Assembly: GCA_964414895.1 (NCBI GenBank)
Contig: CAYPXO010000005.1
Location: 1-56,738 of the forward strand
Reading direction: 5' to 3'
Length of the DNA: 56,738 nucleotides
From: an uncultured Pseudomonadales bacterium
GTDB taxonomy: Bacteria; Patescibacteriota; Microgenomatia; UBA1400; CAYNMC01
Positions 37,476 through 45,335 of the stretch are shown in pieces. A program made the position numbers and the translations under genes. Below the pieces are notes generated by a model, which was not told the origin of the DNA, made no database searches, and saw nothing but the letters and a program-made list of their open reading frames with translations. How positions within the stretch are numbered: the first letter of the stretch is position 1; every line of letters begins with the position of its first letter.

Positions 37476-38060
37476 ATGAAAATTGCTATTTTAGGTGGTT
37501 CTTTTAATCCGCCCCACTGGGGGCATCTCCTGGTCGCTTATCAAGTGCTTGGTTTTACTTCTACTAATCTAGTCTGGCTAACCCCCTGTTTTCAACATAC
37601 CTTCAATAAGGAGCTTGCCCCTGTAAACCAGCGGGTAGCAATGACAAAAATCCTCACTAATAGTAAAATTAAACTCTGCCTTGAGGAGGTCAAAAACAAG
37701 CTCTCTGGGAAAACTATTGAACTAATGGCTCTCCTTGAAAAAAAATATCCCCAGCATCAATTTTCTTTTATTATCGGCTCAGATAATCTGGCCAGTTTCA
37801 AAAAATGGGCTTCTTGGGAAAAACTGGTTAAAAAATGGAAATTTCTTGTCTTCCCCAGGCCAGACTTTAATCCCGGCCTGGCTAAATATGGCCTGGATAG
37901 ACCACAATACCGCTTTGAGGTAATAAAAAATTCCCTTCTGGTCACTTCTGATATCTCTTCGAGCAATATTAGAGAAAGAACAAAAAAAGATATATCTATA
38001 AATAGCCTGGTACCCAAAGAGGTAAAGGAGTATATAAAGATAAATGGGATATATGTTTAG
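37476..38060 (+). CDS. nadD: nicotinate-nucleotide adenylyltransferase
   Basis: GGSFNPPHWGH (HxGH) and the ISSSNIR motif. Confidence 0.9.
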   Translation: MKIAILGGSFNPPHWGHLLVAYQVLGFTSTNLVWLTPCFQHTFNKELAPVNQRVAMTKILTNSKIKLCLEEVKNKLSGKTIELMALLEKKYPQHQFSFIIGSDNLASFKKWASWEKLVKKWKFLVFPRPDFNPGLAKYGLDRPQYRFEVIKNSLLVTSDISSSNIRERTKKDISINSLVPKEVKEYIKINGIYV

Positions 38061-38202
38061 CGGTAACGAAGCCCGCCAGGTTACCGTACGGTACCTGGCC
38101 CGTATCGTCTCTCGGTTAGGGTTGCCGAAAGAAAAGAGAGGTAACCGCTAGACCTGACCGAAACGGGCAGCGTCACCGTAACCGATTAACATAACCCTCT
38201 GT

Positions 38203-39174
38203 ATGCTAAATATCAACTCTGTCAAAGAAACAACACGCATCATCTCTTTTATCCGCTCTACCCTTAAAAAACAGGGGTTTTCCAAGCTTATCCTCGGCCT
38301 TTCTGGCGGCGTCGATTCCGCTACCTGTGCCTTCCTGGTTTCAAAAGCCATTGGCCCGGAAAACCTTTATATTCTCCTTATACCTGTTACACACCTTCAT
38401 TGTCATTCCTGGCTTGACCAGGAATCTATAAAAATTTCTATAGATTCCCGATCTGGCTCGCAGCCAGTCGAGAATGACGAAGTGGACAAATTCTATCTTC
38501 CTCAAAACCAAGATATGTCTCCTGCCAGAAAAGTCATCCAAAACTTAAAAATCCCCAAGGAAAATGTTTTTGAAATCGATATTACTAAAGCAGTTAAAAC
38601 CCTACTCACTTTGTCATTGCGAGGGATGCCAATCCCGAAGCAATCCCAATCAGATTGCCACGCTCCTCCCGACGAAACGTCGGGATTCGCTCGCAATGAC
38701 AAGAAGGTGCAAAATCTAAATCCTCTTCTAAAAGGCAACATTATTGCCCGTACTCGGATGATTATCAGCTTTGATCTGGCCAAACGGCTCCCGGCTCTAG
38801 TCTGCGGGACAGAAAACCGCTCAGAGCACTTACTTGGCTATTTTACCCGCTTTGGCGATGAGGCTTCGGATATTGAGCCAATCCGCCACCTCTATAAAAC
38901 CCAAGTCTATCAGCTGGCTAAATACCTAAAAGTTCCTCAAGAAATAATCAAAGCTACTCCTACTGCCGGCCTCTGGCCTGGCCAAACGGATGAGGGAGAA
39001 TTAGGATTCACCTATAAAGAAGCTGACCCTGTACTTTATCTGTTGTTTGAGAAGAAAAAGAAACCAGAAGAAATAGTTGCCAGCAGCCAGCAGCCGGCTG
39101 CCAAGGTAAAGAGGATATTAAAGAGAGTTAAAGAGAATCTGTTTAAAAAGAAAATACCATATTCGCTTCTATAA
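38203..39174 (+). CDS. nadE: NH3-dependent NAD+ synthetase with three in-frame repeat insertions
   Basis: PP-loop GLSGGVDSA, ..GTENRSEHLLGYFTRFGDEASDIEPI.., PTAGLWPGQTDE. Insertions at 38402-38478, 38613-38700 and 39079-39106. Confidence 0.85.
   Translation: MLNINSVKETTRIISFIRSTLKKQGFSKLILGLSGGVDSATCAFLVSKAIGPENLYILLIPVTHLHCHSWLDQESIKISIDSRSGSQPVENDEVDKFYLPQNQDMSPARKVIQNLKIPKENVFEIDITKAVKTLLTLSLRGMPIPKQSQSDCHAPPDETSGFARNDKKVQNLNPLLKGNIIARTRMIISFDLAKRLPALVCGTENRSEHLLGYFTRFGDEASDIEPIRHLYKTQVYQLAKYLKVPQEIIKATPTAGLWPGQTDEGELGFTYKEADPVLYLLFEKKKKPEEIVASSQQPAAKVKRILKRVKENLFKKKIPYSLL
38402..38478. repeat. palindromic GTCATTCC..GGAATCTATA / TATAGATTCC..GAATGAC element inside nadE
   Basis: Same family as 39533-39637. 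Translated as ..CHSWLDQESIKISIDSRSGSQPVEND.. Confidence 0.85.
38613..38700. repeat. palindromic GTCATTGCGAG...CTCGCAATGAC element inside nadE
   Basis: Terminal 11-bp inverted repeats. Translated as ..SLRGMPIPKQSQSDCHAPPDETSGFARND.. Confidence 0.9.
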
Positions 39175-39181
39175 GCTGAAG

Positions 39182-39277
39182 TTTTTCAAAATTTCCAATT
39201 TACAAATTTACAAACGTTTGAATCCGCCAGCTGGCGGAGAAAATTCATTGGAAATTGGAGCTTGAAAATTGAAAATT
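39182..39277. terminator. long AT-rich hairpin with central TCCGCCAGCTGGCGGA palindrome between convergent nadE and rpmB
   Basis: Arms are TTTTCAAAATTTCCAATTT.. and ..AAATTGGAGCTTGAAAATTGAAAA. Position is consistent with a bidirectional terminator. Confidence 0.45.
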
Positions 39278-39285
39278 AAAGGGGT

Positions 39286-39525
39286 TTATTTTTTGACTGA
39301 AGAGTTGTTTTTCCCTTCTTTTTTTAACTTCCTCAGGCATTTCGTACACAACATCATTCGCCTCCAAGCTCCCTTATAAAAAACCCGTGCCCGGTGAAGA
39401 TTGGGCTTAAGACGCTTTTTAACCTTTTGCGCTCGGTTAGAAAACTTTTTACTGGCTACCCCTCGGGCGTGCTTGCTGGTTGCTGCCCTTAAAGAGCCTT
39501 TAGAACAAATCTGACACTTGGCCAT
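39286..39525 (-). CDS. rpmB: 50S ribosomal protein L28
   Basis: MAKCQICSKG...SKHARGVA..KPNLHR pattern typical of bL28. Start ATG 39525. Confidence 0.8.
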   Translation of the reverse strand: MAKCQICSKGSLRAATSKHARGVASKKFSNRAQKVKKRLKPNLHRARVFYKGAWRRMMLCTKCLRKLKKEGKNNSSVKK

Positions 39526-39724
39526 CTCAACTGTCATTCCAAACAGGCTTGCCTGTCGACAGGCAGGCTAACAGCATAATTTGGAATCTATACTAATAAT
39601 TCCATTTATATAGATTCCGGATCAAGTCCGGAATGACATCTGAAGTTTAAAAACTTACCAACGTGAGTTATAATAGCAGAATACTATCAGAAATTAAAGT
39701 GTTAATTTCTGAAAATTCCAAATT

Positions 39725-39922
39725 ACTAAAGTTTTGCACTTTTAAAGTAGACATCTTATTGTTCGAGTGAATCTCGAGCTTGCCTGCCATCAAGGCAGGC
39801 ATTGTCGAGAGAGTAATCGAGAACTTTTACAGCTAAAGCTTCTCGACTTCGCCCCGCACCGAATGGTGCAGGGCTTTGCTCGAAGAATAACAATCGCTTT
39901 CTAAAAAATTGCAAAACTTTAG
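39725..39922. repeat. ~200-bp composite palindromic element, copy E1
   Basis: Modules ACTAAAGTTTTGCACTTTT / TTATTGTTCGAGTGAATCTCGA / AATCGAGAACTTTTA / AGCTTCTCGACTTCGCC / GCTCGAAGAATAA / TTGCAAAACTTT. The inverted homolog is at 47492-47674. Confidence 0.8.
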
Positions 39923-39940
39923 AATTAAAAATTTTTCATT

Positions 39941-40597
39941 TTGAATTTTCTTTCCGATCTTTTTACCAATCCTTTTTCTTTTCTTTTTTGGGCGGTTGCT
40001 CTGGTAGTTTCTGTTGATGTTCATGAGTTTGCCCACGCTTGGGTAGCCGACAAATTAGGCGACCCGACTCCTCGAGTCAACGACCGGCTAACCTTAAATC
40101 CTATCGCCCATCTTGACCCAATCGGCACCTTGGCCCTTTTGATTTTCCATATTGGCTGGGGCAAACCGGTTCCCATCGATCCTTTTAATCTCAAAGACCC
40201 CCGGCGCGATACTGCTTTAATTTCTTTGGCCGGGCCGGCCAGCAATCTCGTTTTGGCCGGCATCTTAAGTTCTCTCCTCCGTTTGCCTGGAGTAATGCAA
40301 GTTCCGATCCTGCCAACTCTGCTTCTAACAACCATTATTCTCTCTGTTGGTTTGGCAATTTTCAATCTTATCCCTGTTCCTCCTTTGGACGGCTCAAAAA
40401 TTCTTTTTGGCCTTCTCCCCAGAGAAACAGCAATCGAGTGGGAAGAAAACCTAAACCAATATGGTCTTATAATTCTTATATTTTTGCTTTTTCCTTTTTT
40501 TGGCAACCAGCCGTTGATAGGTATTATTGTCTGGCCAATCATCAACTTTGTTTTGGGCATCTTACTACCTCCAGGTCTCTTTCTACCAATGGTGTGA
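39941..40597 (+). CDS. M50 (site-2 protease) family zinc metalloprotease
   Basis: HEFAHAW (HExxH) and NLIPVPPLDGSKI motifs. Multi-TM. Confidence 0.85.
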   Translation: MNFLSDLFTNPFSFLFWAVALVVSVDVHEFAHAWVADKLGDPTPRVNDRLTLNPIAHLDPIGTLALLIFHIGWGKPVPIDPFNLKDPRRDTALISLAGPASNLVLAGILSSLLRLPGVMQVPILPTLLLTTIILSVGLAIFNLIPVPPLDGSKILFGLLPRETAIEWEENLNQYGLIILIFLLFPFFGNQPLIGIIVWPIINFVLGILLPPGLFLPMV

Positions 40598-40686
40598 AGA
40601 ACCTACAACGGGCGCGAAAACCGCGCCCCTACAAATTCTCTTATCATAAAACTCTGAAACTCTCTAACTCTAACTATCTAAAATCT

Positions 40687-42243
40687 GTACCTACCCAATA
40701 CTTCGGTGTTTAATTGATTAAATTTGATTCTTCCCTTCCTGGTTTGATATAGTTTCATAGATGAAGTTAAACCTGCCCATTGTAGATATTGATCCAGATA
40801 GAATTAAAAGCCTTGGTGAAGCCAAAAAAGCCATCAATCAACTTCTAAATGTTTTTGAAGCTCTAGCCTCTCAAATGCAAAAACTGATGCTGGAGAATGA
40901 AAGATTAAGGAGAGAAAACGAGAGACTAAGAAAACAGTCTAAAAGACCTCTGTTTAGAAAAAAAACAGAACCTTCTTATGATTATTCTGCCACTAAAAGA
41001 ATGGAGAAAAGATTTTTAAGCTGGAAAAAATCTATAAAGAGAAAAAAGATAGAAATTGATAGTGAGGTTCAATTGAAAGAAACTGAAGAATGCCATTGTG
41101 GTTGTAAAAATTTTAAGACAATAAGAACTTGGGATAAAGTTGTTCAAGGAATAGCCATAAAAAGGAACAATACCAAATATTTAGGTAAGGATAAGAAATG
41201 TCTCTCCTGTGGGAAAATTTACCGTTCATTTATTCCTGATGAGATTAAAGATAAAGAGTTTGACAGCAATCTAACTACCTGGGTTTCAGTCTTGAAACAT
41301 GACTGCCGATTCAGTGAGCTTTTAATCTATAAATTCTTAACCAGTCTGGGAATAATAATAAGCAAGGGGCAAATAAACAACATTATTCTTAAAAACAGCA
41401 ACAAATTAGAAAATTCCTATTCTTATCTAAAATCCTCAGGGATAAAAAGAAGCCAATATCTCAACTCAGATGCTACTGGTTCTAAGAGAAGAAATAATAA
41501 AAAAGGTAATAGAAATAGTAATAGAAAAGTCATCAACCAGCATCTCCACTTTACTGGTCATAAATTCTTAAGTCTCTTTAAAATTACCAAGAAATACAAT
41601 TCAGAAACCTTAAACAACAAAGTCTTAGGTAAAAAAGCTAAAGATAAACTCTATGTTTCTGATGATCACGGGGCTAATGGGCAAAACCTTCAAATAGATA
41701 AAAAACAACTCTGCTGGTTACATGAGATAAGACACTTTCTTAAACTTGATCCTCAAACCACAGTTAATAAGGAAAGACTAAATAAAGTAATCAATCAACT
41801 CTGGCAGTTTTACCACCAAGCCAAGAAATACAGTCGAGATCCAACTAGAAAAAAGAAAAACAGTCTCCTTAAACAATTTGAATTTATTACCAACCAAAAA
41901 ACAGGGTATGACACCCTGGATAAAAGACTACTCTTTACAAGAAGAAAGGAAGAAAGATTACTTTTATTCCTTAACTACCCAGGACTACCAATCCAAAACA
42001 ATCTAGCAGAAAGAGATCTAAGACCAGCCGTAATCTTAAGAAAATTAACTGGGGGAACTAAATCTAAGGCTGGAGATAGAAGTTTTGAAAGACATCTCTC
42101 AATAATACAAACAATAAGGAAACAAGGATTAAATGTCTTTGAAACTCTTCATGGTCTTTTAAACAATCAACTTAATCCCTCTGTTCTTACTGTTAAAACC
42201 ACTCCTTGTATAAAACCCTTCACCTGAAGTATTGAGTGGGTAC
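40687..42243 (+). mobile_element. IS66-family insertion sequence (single-ORF type), 1557 bp
   Basis: Terminal inverted repeats GTACCTACCCAATACTTC / GAAGTATTGAGTGGGTAC. Flanking direct repeat CTAAAATCT (40678-40686 and 42244-52). Confidence 0.8.
40761..42227 (+). CDS. IS66-family transposase
   Basis: N-terminal leucine-zipper-like LENERLRRENERLRKQ, Cys-pair zinc finger (CHCGC..CLSCG), C-terminal NNLAERDLRPAVILRKLTGGTKS motif. Confidence 0.75.
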   Translation: MKLNLPIVDIDPDRIKSLGEAKKAINQLLNVFEALASQMQKLMLENERLRRENERLRKQSKRPLFRKKTEPSYDYSATKRMEKRFLSWKKSIKRKKIEIDSEVQLKETEECHCGCKNFKTIRTWDKVVQGIAIKRNNTKYLGKDKKCLSCGKIYRSFIPDEIKDKEFDSNLTTWVSVLKHDCRFSELLIYKFLTSLGIIISKGQINNIILKNSNKLENSYSYLKSSGIKRSQYLNSDATGSKRRNNKKGNRNSNRKVINQHLHFTGHKFLSLFKITKKYNSETLNNKVLGKKAKDKLYVSDDHGANGQNLQIDKKQLCWLHEIRHFLKLDPQTTVNKERLNKVINQLWQFYHQAKKYSRDPTRKKKNSLLKQFEFITNQKTGYDTLDKRLLFTRRKEERLLLFLNYPGLPIQNNLAERDLRPAVILRKLTGGTKSKAGDRSFERHLSIIQTIRKQGLNVFETLHGLLNNQLNPSVLTVKTTPCIKPFT

Positions 42244-42264
42244 CTAAAATCTATCCTATAATAC

Positions 42265-42292
42265 TTGACAAACTACATATTCGTGGTATAAT
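42265..42292 (+). promoter_or_regulatory. near-consensus sigma70-type promoter (TTGACA-16 nt-TGgTATAAT)
   Basis: TTGACA at 42265-70 and TATAAT at 42287-92 with a TG extension. Followed by hairpin CTTCAACA..TGTTGAAG (42301-42322) and AAGCGG..CCGCTT plus T7 (to 42351). Confidence 0.55.
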
Positions 42293-42466
42293 TTGCCTTG
42301 CTTCAACAGGAACTTGTTGAAGCGGAACTTTAAAAAAGAGCCGCTTTTTTTATGGGTATAAGTGGATCATAAATCAGCAAAAGCCGGAGGGTGAGCTCCT
42401 TTATATAAACCCTGTTGAAGCAGATTATATTATTTCGCTCGCCTTCCGACTTGTGTTGATTTTAAA

Positions 42467-42502
42467 AAGGACTGTCCTTGCAAGCTTGCAAGGACAGTCC
42501 TT
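42467..42502. repeat. 36-bp perfect palindrome AAGGACTGTCCTTGCAAG|CTTGCAAGGACAGTCCTT
   Basis: 18-bp arms with no spacer, and A/T runs on both sides. Confidence 0.9.
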
Positions 42503-42532
42503 AAAAAACTCGCTCTTTGACAATTAAATAAA

Positions 42533-42656
42533 AGTGCAGTTTTAGTAGAGAAGCTTGGGGAATGGAAAAGTAGCGAGAGGACTTAGGTGTTTGCACCTAT
42601 TTATCCATCACTCATTACTCATCATCCATTTCTCTCATATTCTCTACTAAAACGCT
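42533..42656. repeat. R0: rearranged member of the R repeat family (two TTTTAGTAGAGAA boxes in inverted orientation)
   Basis: GTGCAGTTTTAGTAGAGAAGC at 42533. ATTCTCTACTAAAACGCTTAA around 42637-42660 is the reverse complement of the R4-type left box. GTGCAG is the reverse complement of the R 3' end CTGCAC. Confidence 0.7.
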
Positions 42657-42870
42657 TAAAATACCTCCTTTTTATAGGTCTGAGAAACCCGGCGTTGTGG
42701 AATCTAAACTCCTTATAGTCAAGTTTGCAAATAAAAATAGCGTGCAATCCCCCGATTATTCAGATGCACGGCATGGCTGAATAAGCATATTCGCCGTGCA
42801 ATCTAGAATAAAAGGGGTATAACTAAGTCAAGATTGCCAAAAAATCGCAGAATTATTATCATGTTAAAGT

Positions 42871-43194
42871 ATGGTTATTGCTACCGCCGTTTCAAAAAAC
42901 AATATTATCATCCGCCTTACAGAAGAACGTTGGCTGCATATAATCTATTCCCATAGAGAGATAGACCCAACAGACTTCTCCTCCATCCTTGAGGTAATTG
43001 AAAATCCGGAAATGATCTTAAAGGGTGACCGAGGAGAACTTTTGGCAACAAAAAGAAAGCCTAGAAGCAAAAAATGGTTTGTGGTAGTATACAAAGAGAT
43101 CAACAAAAAAGATGGATTTATAGTCACCGCCTATCTTACTAAAAATGTGCGCTGGCTACTTAAGAGAAAAATCACATGGAGCAAACAATCGTAA
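42871..43194 (+). CDS. putative toxin-like small protein (partner of DUF2283-like gene)
   Basis: 107-aa ORF overlapping the next gene by 19 nt. The pair is flanked by inverted repeats at 42693-42717 and 43428-43453. Confidence 0.4.
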   Translation: MVIATAVSKNNIIIRLTEERWLHIIYSHREIDPTDFSSILEVIENPEMILKGDRGELLATKRKPRSKKWFVVVYKEINKKDGFIVTAYLTKNVRWLLKRKITWSKQS

Positions 43195-43421
43195 AATCAG
43201 CAACATCAGCCGCCAATGATCTTGTTCAATTAGCTCGCCTAGGAGCTTCTAAACTATGGGTCGATTATGACAAAAAAGCTGATGTTTTGTATGTCAATTT
43301 TGGACGGCCGCAAAAGGCCGATGATGCCTATCAAACAGAAAACGGCATTATTCAGCGGAAGAGAAAAAACAAACTCGTCGGTCTAACAATCCTCAATGCC
43401 AGTCAACTGGCAAAGCAGTAG
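43176..43421 (+). CDS. DUF2283-like small protein (putative antitoxin)
   Basis: YDKKADVLYVNFG...GLTILNAS pattern typical of DUF2283. Confidence 0.55.
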   Translation: MEQTIVKSATSAANDLVQLARLGASKLWVDYDKKADVLYVNFGRPQKADDAYQTENGIIQRKRKNKLVGLTILNASQLAKQ

Positions 43422-43553
43422 ATCTTCCTAGATTCCAGAACGCCGGAGTTTCTCAACTAAAATACCTCCTTTCCTTTGAGTGCTTGATATGAAAATTGGG
43501 TTTAGGTTTAGGTTTGGATGCTTGTTAGGGTCTAGAAGAAGGGTTTAGTGGGA

Positions 43554-43949
43554 TTAGTTTCTGGTTTTGAAATTAGTCCAAGACTGAGAGAGACGATAAA
43601 GTTGGCGAGCAGTAATATCATAAGCTTTAATCAATTTCTGACAGAGTTTTACATCAACTTTATGCGGATAAATATCTTTTATTTGTTCTAAACAGACTAT
43701 AGTTTCATTACATTCGGCTAAGGCATCGTCAAGATATTTTTGAAAACCTCTTTTTTGATGACGCTTAGCATAGCCTTCAGCAATTAGTCTAGGAATCGCT
43801 TTACAAGCTCTTGATAATTGACTAACTAAATCATATTTCTCACAACTAGGCAACTTGGGAATAATTTTGGTCATTACTAAAATACAAGCTTTATAACTGT
43901 TCTGGTAAACTTCTAAATCTCTGAAGCTTCTGATTGGTTGGTTGACCAT
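43554..43949 (-). CDS. four-helix-bundle protein (23S rRNA IVS protein / Avd-like family)
   Basis: FRDLEVYQNSYK...LVSQLSRACKAIPRLIAEGY...ECNETIVCLE pattern of the TIGR02436-type family. Confidence 0.8.
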   Translation of the reverse strand: MVNQPIRSFRDLEVYQNSYKACILVMTKIIPKLPSCEKYDLVSQLSRACKAIPRLIAEGYAKRHQKRGFQKYLDDALAECNETIVCLEQIKDIYPHKVDVKLCQKLIKAYDITARQLYRLSQSWTNFKTRN

Positions 43950-44163
43950 TAATGTTATGCTAACAGATTCTTACACCAACTTCCAAACCTCATTTCCATA
44001 CTAGCATCCACACCCAAACCAATACCCCTATCCAAAAATCAAGCATTGGAAGGAAAGGAGGTGAGGCCTATCGAAAAATAAAAAGGCCAAAAGTCGTTTT
44101 TTCAAACCGCGCAGCCTCTCGGTCGGAGGCCTGCGCCAAATCAAAAGCCCAAGGAGGCTAAAA

Positions 44164-44808
44164 ATGTTTAACGGAAAGTTCAAAAAAGTTCTGTTCGTAG
44201 TTGCGATCGTGGCCATCGCCGGCCTGTCCTTTATGGCCGGCCCGGCCCAAGTAGTCCTGGCTGAGGAGCCTGAGGAAACGTCGGAAATCACCCTTACTTT
44301 CTACGAAGATACATCCTTCAAAATCAAAGTTGTTGAGGGTGACTCCGAAGAGTTCATTAGGAGCCTGGAGGACGTGCTCGAAAGGCTCAACTGTCCAGAG
44401 GATTTGCTCAAGATCGAAGAGGACGTGCCAGCCAACCCCAGCACAACCACCATCACTGTTAAGGTGGTCAATATGGCTTCCAGGTTTTTCGATTTTGAAA
44501 TCGAGGGGCAATGGCCGGATGGGCTTGACCTCCACATGGCATTGGTTCCCAAGGACAAGCTCCCTACAGTAGAAGTCCGAGAAGGTAACGCCGAGGCTTG
44601 GTTCTCGAAGGCCGGACCTGGCCGGCTTGAAATCCCGACACAAAGTGGGCAATACGCCGTGTGGGGCCGGCTCGAGAAAAATAACGAACACACCCGCGCT
44701 GATTGGCCTCTCAACAATGACGTTGGTCAGGTAACCAACAACTGGCTTAACGGAGGCCTCGACGGCCTTCATCCTGGAGTGTTAGAACTCCAGGTGCCAA
44801 CCGAATAG
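44164..44808 (+). CDS. secreted hypothetical protein in a GC-rich segment
   Basis: AAGGAGG RBS 7 nt upstream and an N-terminal signal/TM (VLFVVAIVAIAGLSFMAGPA). G+C is visibly higher than in the surrounding sequence. Confidence 0.6.
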   Translation: MFNGKFKKVLFVVAIVAIAGLSFMAGPAQVVLAEEPEETSEITLTFYEDTSFKIKVVEGDSEEFIRSLEDVLERLNCPEDLLKIEEDVPANPSTTTITVKVVNMASRFFDFEIEGQWPDGLDLHMALVPKDKLPTVEVREGNAEAWFSKAGPGRLEIPTQSGQYAVWGRLEKNNEHTRADWPLNNDVGQVTNNWLNGGLDGLHPGVLELQVPTE

Positions 44809-45096
44809 CCCAGCGCCGAGCAATCCAGACGCCGGCCCCCGTGACGAGGCGGGCCCGACGCTAACGGATCTCCGGATCCGGTCGGGCCCGCCTGGGGGCC
44901 ATCGTGGGAGCGAGCCTCCAAAAAGCAGCCCTCCCCAAGATAAGCTGCGGAGGACTCGCTCCCCAACCCAGGGGCCAAAAGCCCCGCCTCCGCTCTCGAG
45001 GTTTCACATCGGCTTATTCAGCCGCGTTTACCTCGGGATGCTTCGGCGGGCAAGCTAAAAAAGCAAAAATCGGTCCACTGGCTGGACCACCCATTT

Positions 45097-45181
45097 TTGC
45101 CTTGCTGGCTTAGTTTTAGTAGAGAAGTTTCTTAAGAGTCTAAATCCTTTGGACTTTTAAGAGACAAAAATAAAACTGCAC
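45097..45181 (+). repeat. R1: structured cassette-boundary repeat
   Basis: TTGCCTTGCTGGCTTAGTTTTAGTAGAGAAGTTTCTTAAGAGTC-TAAATCCTTTG-GACTTTTAAGAGACAAAAATAAAACTGCAC. Confidence 0.9.
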
Positions 45182-45250
45182 TAGAAGATAGAGTTTTAGA
45201 TAGTTAGAGTTTTAGAGTTTTAGGGATTAGGGGAAATTGAAAATTTGCGG

Positions 45251-45279
45251 TTGACAGAAGAAAAGCTTTTTGCTATAAA
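45251..45279 (+). promoter_or_regulatory. sigma70-type promoter TTGACA-17 nt-TATAAA reading antisense into the 3' end of ORF 45336-45806
   Basis: Hexamers at 45251-56 and 45274-79, spacing counted as 17. Confidence 0.45.
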
Positions 45280-45335
45280 TATAGTTGACCGAGCGGACTG
45301 CGAATCCAGGTAACCACTCCTGGTGTAACAGTTCT

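Noticed and set aside
40021-40560. 179-aa minus-strand ORF
   Set aside because: It is fully antisense to the M50 protease gene, which has clear HExxH and LDG motifs. Its basic, Arg/Gly-rich composition is typical of shadow ORFs.
43554-44808. Diversity-generating retroelement (Avd-like gene plus Asn-rich C-terminus of the neighbouring secreted protein)
   Set aside because: There is no reverse transcriptase ORF in the window. I could find no template/variable repeat pair matching 44640-44800. The NN-rich tail alone is not diagnostic.
44158-44978. Long minus-strand ORFs (44158-44772, 44301-44717, 44769-44978) and plus-strand ORFs 44330-44572 and 44904-45113
   Set aside because: They overlap the RBS-preceded, signal-peptide-bearing plus-strand gene or the structured GC-rich spacer. 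Long open frames are expected by chance in GC-rich DNA.
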